Positions 57,180 through 64,000 of a stretch of DNA of 64,000 nt are shown here, piece by piece. The notes under the pieces are model-generated. The model had not been told where the DNA came from. It saw only the letters and a program-made list of their open reading frames with translations, and did no database searches. Made by a program: the position numbers and the translations under genes. This DNA comes from Eledone cirrhosa. Lineage: Eukaryota. Location: positions 215,760,001 through 215,824,000 of the forward strand of contig OZ024741.1 in the NCBI GenBank assembly GCA_964016885.1, written 5' to 3'. Numbering within the stretch: position 1 is the first letter of the stretch; each line of letters begins with the position of its first letter.

Positions 57180-60100
57180 CTGTCCCAGCATGGCCGCAGT
57201 CAAATGAATGAAACCAGTAAAAGTGTATTGCCCCGGCATGGCCACAATCTAATGACTGAAACCAGTAAAACAGTAGTGCCCCAGCATGGCCACAATACAA
57301 TAGCTGAAACCAGTAAAGCAGTAGTGCCGGGGCATGGCCACAATCTAATGACTGAAACCAGTAAAACAGTAGTGCCCCAGCATGGCCACAATCTAATGAC
57401 TGAAACCAGTAAAACAGTAGTGCCCCAGCATGGCCACAATCTAGTGACTGAAACCAGTAAAACAGTAGTGCCCCAGCATGGCCACAATCTAGTGACTGAA
57501 ACCAGTAAAACAGTACTGCCCCAGCATGGCCACAATCTAATGACTGAAACCAGTAAAACAGTAGTACCCCAGCATGGCCACAATCTAATGATTGAAACCA
57601 GTAAATCAGTAGTGCCCCAGCATGGCCACAATCTAATAGCTGAAACCTGTAAAACAGTAGTGCCCCAGCATGGCCACAATCTAATGACTGAAACCAGTAA
57701 AACAGTAGTGCCCCAGCATGGCCACAATCTAATGACTGAAACCAGTAAAACAGTAGTGCCCCAGCATGGTCACAATCTAATGACTGAAACCAGTAAAACA
57801 GTAGTGCCCCAGCATGGCCACAATCTAATGACTGAAACCAGTAAAACAGTACTGCCCCAGCATGGCCACAATCTAATGACTGAAACCAGTAAAACAGTAC
57901 TGCCCCAGCATGGCCACAATCTAATGACTGAAACCAGTAAAACAGTAGTGCCCCAGCATGGCCACAATATAATGACTGAAACCAGTAAAACAGTAGTGCC
58001 CCAGCATGGCCACAATCTAATGACTGAAACCAGTAAAACAGTAGTGCCCCAGCACGGCCTCAATCTAATAGCTGAAACCAGTAAAACAGTAGTGCCCCAG
58101 CATGGCCACAATCTAATGATTGAAACCAGTAACACAGTAGTGCCCCAGCATGGCCACAATCTAATAGCTGAAACCAGTAAAACAGTAGTGCCCCAGCATG
58201 GCCACAATCTAATGACTGAAACCAGTAAAACAGTAGTGCCCCAGCATGACCAAAATCTAATGACTGGAACCAGTAAAACAGTAGTGCCCCAGCATGGCCA
58301 CAATCTAATGACTGAAACCAGTAAAACAGTAGTGCCCCAGCATGGCCACAATCTAATAGCTGAAACCAGTAAAACAGTAGTGCCCCAGCATGGCCACAAT
58401 CTAATGACTGAAACCAGTAAAACAGTAGTGCCCCATCATGGCCACAATCTAATAGCTGAAACCAGTAAAACAGTAGTGCCCCAGCATGGCCACAATCTAA
58501 TGACTGAAACCAGTAAAACAGTAGTGCCCCAGCATGGCCACAATCTAATGACTGAAACCAGTAAAACAGTAGTGCCCCAGCACGGCCTCAATCTAATAGC
58601 TGAAACCAGTAAAACAGTAGTGCCCCAGCATGGCCACAATCTAATGACTAAAATCAGTAAAACAGTAGTGCCCCATCATGGCCACAATCTAATAGCTGAA
58701 ACCAGTAAAACAGTAGTGCCCCAGCATGGCCACAATCTAATGACTGAAACCAGTAAAACAGTAGTGCCCCAGCATGGCCACAATCTATTGACTGAAACCA
58801 GTAAAACAGTAGTGCCCCAGCATGGCCACAATCTAATGACCGAAACCAGTAAAACAGTAGTGCCCCAGCATGGCCACAATCTAATGACTGAAACCAGTAA
58901 AACAGTACTGCCCCAGCATGTCCAGAATCTAATGACTGAAACCAGTAAAACAGTACTGCCCCAGCATGGCCACAATCTAATGACTGAAACCAGTAAAACA
59001 GTAGTGCCCCAGCATGGTCACAATCTAATGACTGAAACCAGTAAAACAGTAGTGTCCCAGCATGGCCACAATCTAATGACTGAAACCAGTAAAACAGTAA
59101 TGCCCCAGCATGGCCACAATCTAATGACTGAAACCAGTAAAACAGTAGTGTCCCAGCATTGCCACAATCTAATGACTGAAACCAGTAAAACAGTACTGCC
59201 CCAGCATGGTCACAATCTAATGACTGAAACCAGTAAAACAGTACTGCCCCAGCATGGCCACAATCTAATGACTGAAACCAGTAAAACAGTAATGCCCCAG
59301 CATGGCCACAATCTAATGACTGAAACCAGTAAAACAGTACTGCCCCAGCATGGCCACAATCTAATGACTGAAACCAGTAAAACAGTAGTGCCCCAGCATG
59401 GCCACAATCTAATGACTGAAACCAGTAAAACAGTAGTGCCCCAGCATGGCCACAATCTAATGACTGAAACCAGTAAAACAGTACTGCCCCAGCATGGTCA
59501 CAATCTAATGACTGAAACCAGTAAAACAGTACTGCCCCAGCATGGCCACAATCTAATGACTGAAACCAGTAAAACAGTAGTGCCCCAGCATGGCCACAAT
59601 CTAATGACTGAAACCAGTAAAACAGTAGTGCCCCAGCATGGCCACAATCTAATGACTGAAACCAGTAAAACAGTAGTGTCCCAGCATGGCCACAATCTAA
59701 TGACTGAAACCAGTAAAACAGTAGTGCCCCAGCATGGTCACAATCTAATGACTGAAACCAGTAAAACAGTACAGCCCCAGCATGGTCACAATCTAATGAC
59801 TGAAACCAGTAAAACAGTACTGCCCCAGCATGGCCACAATCTAATGACTGAAACCAGTAAAACAGTAGTGCCCCAGCATGGCCACAATCTAATGACTGAA
59901 ACCAGTAAAACAGTAGTGCCCCAGCATGGCCACAATCTAATGACTGAAACCAGTAAAACAGTACTGCCCCATCATGGCCACAATCTAATGACTGAAACCA
60001 GTAAAACAGTAGTGCCCCAGCATGGCCACTATCTAATGACTGAAACCAGTAAAACAGTAGTGCCCCAGCATGGCCACAATCTAATGACTGAAACCAGTAA

Positions 60101-63100
60101 AACAGTACTGCCCCAGCATGGCCACGATCTAATGACTGAAACCAGTAAAACAGTAGTGCCCCAGCATGGCCACAATCTAATGACTGAAACCAGTAAAACA
60201 GTACTGCCCCAGCATGGCCACAATCTAATGACTGAAACCAGTAAAACAGTAGTGCCCCAGCATGGCCACAATCTAATGACTGAAACCAGTAAAACAGTAG
60301 TTGCCCCAGCATGGCCACAATCTAATGACTGAAACCAGTAAAACAGTAGTGCCCCAGCATGGCCACAATCTAATGACTGAAACCAGTAAAACAGTAGTAC
60401 CCCAGCATGGCCACAATCTAATGACTGAAACCAGTAAAACAGTACTGCCCCAGCATGGCCACAATCTAATGACTGAAACCAGAAAAACAGTAGTGCCCCA
60501 GCATGGTCACAATCTAATGACTTAAACCAGTAAAACAGTAGTGCCCCAGCATGGCCACAATCTAATGACTGAAACCAGTAAAACAGTAGTGCCCCATCAT
60601 GGCCACAATCTAATGACTGAAACCAGTAAAACAGTACTGCCCCAGCATGGCCACAATCTAATGACTGAAACCAGTAAAACAGTTGTGCCCCAGCATGGTC
60701 ACAATCTAATGACTGAAACCATTAAAACAGTAGTGCCCCAGCATGGCCACAATCTAATGACTGAAACCAGTAAAACAGTACTGCCCCAGCATGGTCACAA
60801 TCTAATGACTGAAACCAGTAAAACAGTAGTGCCCCAGCATGGTCACAATCTAATGACTTAAACCAGTAAAACAGTAGTGCCCCAGCATGGCCACAATCTA
60901 ATGACTGAAACCAGTAAAACAGTAGTGCCCCATCATGGCCACAATCTAATGACTGAAACCAGTAAAACAGTACTGCCCCAGCATGGCCACAATCTAATGA
61001 CTGAAACCAGTAAAACAGTAGTGCCCCAGCATGGTCACAATCTAATGACTGAAACCAGTAAAACAGTAGTGCCCCAGCATGGCCACAATCTAATGACTGA
61101 AACCAGTAAAACAGTACTGCCCCAGCATGGTCACAATCTAATGACTGAAACCAGTAAAACAGTAGTGCCCCAGCATGGTCACAATCTAATGACTGAAACC
61201 AGTAAAACAGTAGTGCCCCAGCATGGCCACAATCTAATGACTGAAACCAGTAAAACAGTAGTGCCCCAGCATGGCCACAATCTAATGACTGAAACCAGTA
61301 AAACAGTAGTGCCCCAGCATGGCCACAATCTAATGACTGAAACCAGTAAAACAGTACTGCCCCAGCATGGCCACAATCTAATGACTGAAACCAGTAAAAC
61401 AGTACTGCCCCAGCATGGCCACAATCTAATGACTGAAACCAGTAAAACAGTAGTGCCCCAGCATGGTCACAATCTAATGACTGAAACCAGTAAAACAGTA
61501 GTGCCCCAGCATGGCCACAATCTAATGACTGAAACCAGTAAAACAGTAGTGCCCCAGCATGGCCACAATCTAATGACTGAAACCAGTAAAACAGTACTGC
61601 CCCAGCATGGCCACAATCTAATGACTGAAACCAGTAAAACAGTACTGCCCCAGCATGGCCACAATCTAATGACTCAAACCAGTAAAACAGTACTGCCCCA
61701 GCATGGCCACAATCTAATGACTGAAACCAGTAAAACAGTAGTGCCCCAGCATGGTCACAATCTAATGACTGAAACCAGTAAAACAGTAGTGCCCCAGCAT
61801 GGCCACAATCTAATGACTGAAACCAGTAAAACAGTAGTGCCCCAGCATGGCCACAATCTAATGACTGAAACCAGTAAAACAGTACTGCCCCAGCATGGCC
61901 ACAACCTAATGACTTAAACCAGTAAAACAGTAGTGCCCCAGCATGGCCACAATCTAATGACTCAAACCAGTAAAACAGTACTGCCCCAGCATGGCCACAA
62001 TCTAATGACTGAAACCAGTAAAACAGTACTGCCCCAGCATGGCCTCACTCTAATCACTGAAACCAGTAAAACAGTAGTGCCCCAGCATGGCCACAATCTA
62101 ATGACTGAAACCAGTAAAACAGTAGTGCCCCAGCATGGCCACAATCTAATGACTGAAACCAGTAAAACAGTAGTGCCCCAGCATGGCCACAATCTAATGA
62201 CTCAAACCAGTAAAACAGTACTGCCCCAGCATGGCCACAATCTAATGACTGAAACCAGTAAAACAGTAGTGCCCCAGCATGGCCACAATCTAATGACTGA
62301 AACCAGTAAAACAGTAGTGCCGCAGCATGGTCACAATCTAATGACTGAAACCAGTAAAACAGTAGTGCCCCAGCATGGCCACAATCTAATGACTGAAACC
62401 AGTAAAACAGTAGTGCCCCAGCATGACCACAATCTAATGACTGAAAACAGTAAAACAGTAGTGCCCCAGCATGCCCACAATCTAATGACTGAAACCTGTA
62501 AAACAGTAGTGCCCCAGCATGGCCACAATCTAATGACTGAAACCAGTAAAACAGTAGTGCCCCAGCATGGCCACAATCTAATGACTGAAACCAGTAAAAC
62601 AGTAGTGCCCCAGCATGGTCACAATCTAATGACTGAAACCAGTAAAACAGTAGTGCCCCAGCATGGCCACAATCTAATGACTGAAACGAGTAAAACAGTA
62701 GTGCCCCAGCATGACCACAATCTAATGACTGAAACCAGTAAAACAGTAGTGCCCCAGCATGGCCACAATCTAATGACTGAAACCAGTAAAACAGTACTGC
62801 CCCAGCATGGCCACGATCTAATGACTGAAACCAGTAAAACAGTAGTGCCCCAGCATGGCCACAATCTAATGACTGAAACCAGTAAAACAGTACTGCCCCA
62901 GCATGGCCACAATCTAATGACTGAAACCAGTAAAACAGTAGTGCCCCAGCATGGCCACAATCTAATGACTGAAACCAGTAAAACAGTAGTTGCCCCAGCA
63001 TGGCCACAATCTAATGACTGAAACCAGTAAAACAGTAGTGCCCCAGCATGGCCACAATCTAATGACTGAAACCAGTAAAACAGTAGTACCCCAGCATGGC

Positions 63101-64000
63101 CACAATCTAATGACTGAAACCAGTAAAACAGTACTGCCCCAGCATGGCCACAATCTAATGACTGAAACCAGAAAAACAGTAGTGCCCCAGCATGGTCACA
63201 ATCTAATGACTTAAACCAGTAAAACAGTAGTGCCCCAGCATGGCCACAATCTAATGACTGAAACCAGTAAAACAGTAGTGCCCCATCATGGCCACAATCT
63301 AATGACTGAAACCAGTAAAACAGTACTGCCCCAGCATGGCCACAATCTAATGACTGAAACCAGTAAAACAGTTGTGCCCCAGCATGGTCACAATCTAATG
63401 ACTGAAACCATTAAAACAGTAGTGCCCCAGCATGGCCACAATCTAATGACTGAAACCAGTAAAACAGTACTGCCCCAGCATGGTCACAATCTAATGACTG
63501 AAACCAGTAAAACAGTAGTGCCCCAGCATGGTCACAATCTAATGACTTAAACCAGTAAAACAGTAGTGCCCCAGCATGGCCACAATCTAATGACTGAAAC
63601 CAGTAAAACAGTAGTGCCCCATCATGGCCACAATCTAATGACTGAAACCAGTAAAACAGTACTGCCCCAGCATGGCCACAATCTAATGACTGAAACCAGT
63701 AAAACAGTAGTGCCCCAGCATGGTCACAATCTAATGACTGAAACCAGTAAAACAGTAGTGCCCCAGCATGGCCACAATCTAATGACTGAAACCAGTAAAA
63801 CAGTACTGCCCCAGCATGGTCACAATCTAATGACTGAAACCAGTAAAACAGTAGTGCCCCAGCATGGTCACAATCTAATGACTGAAACCAGTAAAACAGT
63901 AGTGCCCCAGCATGGCCACAATCTAATGACTGAAACCAGTAAAACAGTAGTGCCCCAGCATGGCCACAATCTAATGACTGAAACCAGTAAAACAGTAGTG
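57180..64000. repeat. 48-bp minisatellite, about 142 copies, running off the window end
   Basis: Unit GTGCCCCAGCATGGCCACAATCTAATGACTGAAACCAGTAAAACAGTA. Confidence 0.98.

Noticed and set aside
57087-60332. 1081-aa ORF of PQHGHNLMTETSKTVV repeats (and the 554-aa antisense ORF)
   Set aside because: A 48-bp stop-free unit gives long frames on both strands automatically. The ORF starts in a (TG)n tract, and later units contain frameshifts and stops.
57180-64000. CRISPR-like regular array
   Set aside because: Head-to-tail units with no unique spacers, no cas genes and a eukaryotic context.

Overview
AT-rich, microsatellite-saturated animal DNA. It is most likely octopus or another coleoid cephalopod, judged from my recollection of its SINE families. 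I found no convincing host protein-coding exon; almost all listed ORFs are translations of (TA)n, (CA)n and minisatellites. The window is a layered transposon graveyard. It holds a disrupted Tx1/L1 LINE with two 3' fragments, several copies of a Penelope-like element (RT + GIY-YIG), a second PLE endonuclease fragment, RTE and R4/Dong-like LINE relics, three non-autonomous Helitrons, many tRNA-derived SINEs, and a terminal 6.8-kb array of a 48-bp unit. The most striking signal, found by manual reading, is a dense population of type I hammerhead ribozyme (HHR) motifs from about ten unrelated repeat families, mostly embedded in (TA)n. They include a compensatory U3-A8 core in a 591-bp tandem, a recurring U4A core, branched stem-II forms, and one HHR in a terminally redundant 761-bp retrozyme-like unit. 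Many short palindromes turn around at or next to the ribozyme stems, which suggests hairpin-primed fold-back during retrotransposition. All RNA structures were assigned by eye and none has been tested for activity.
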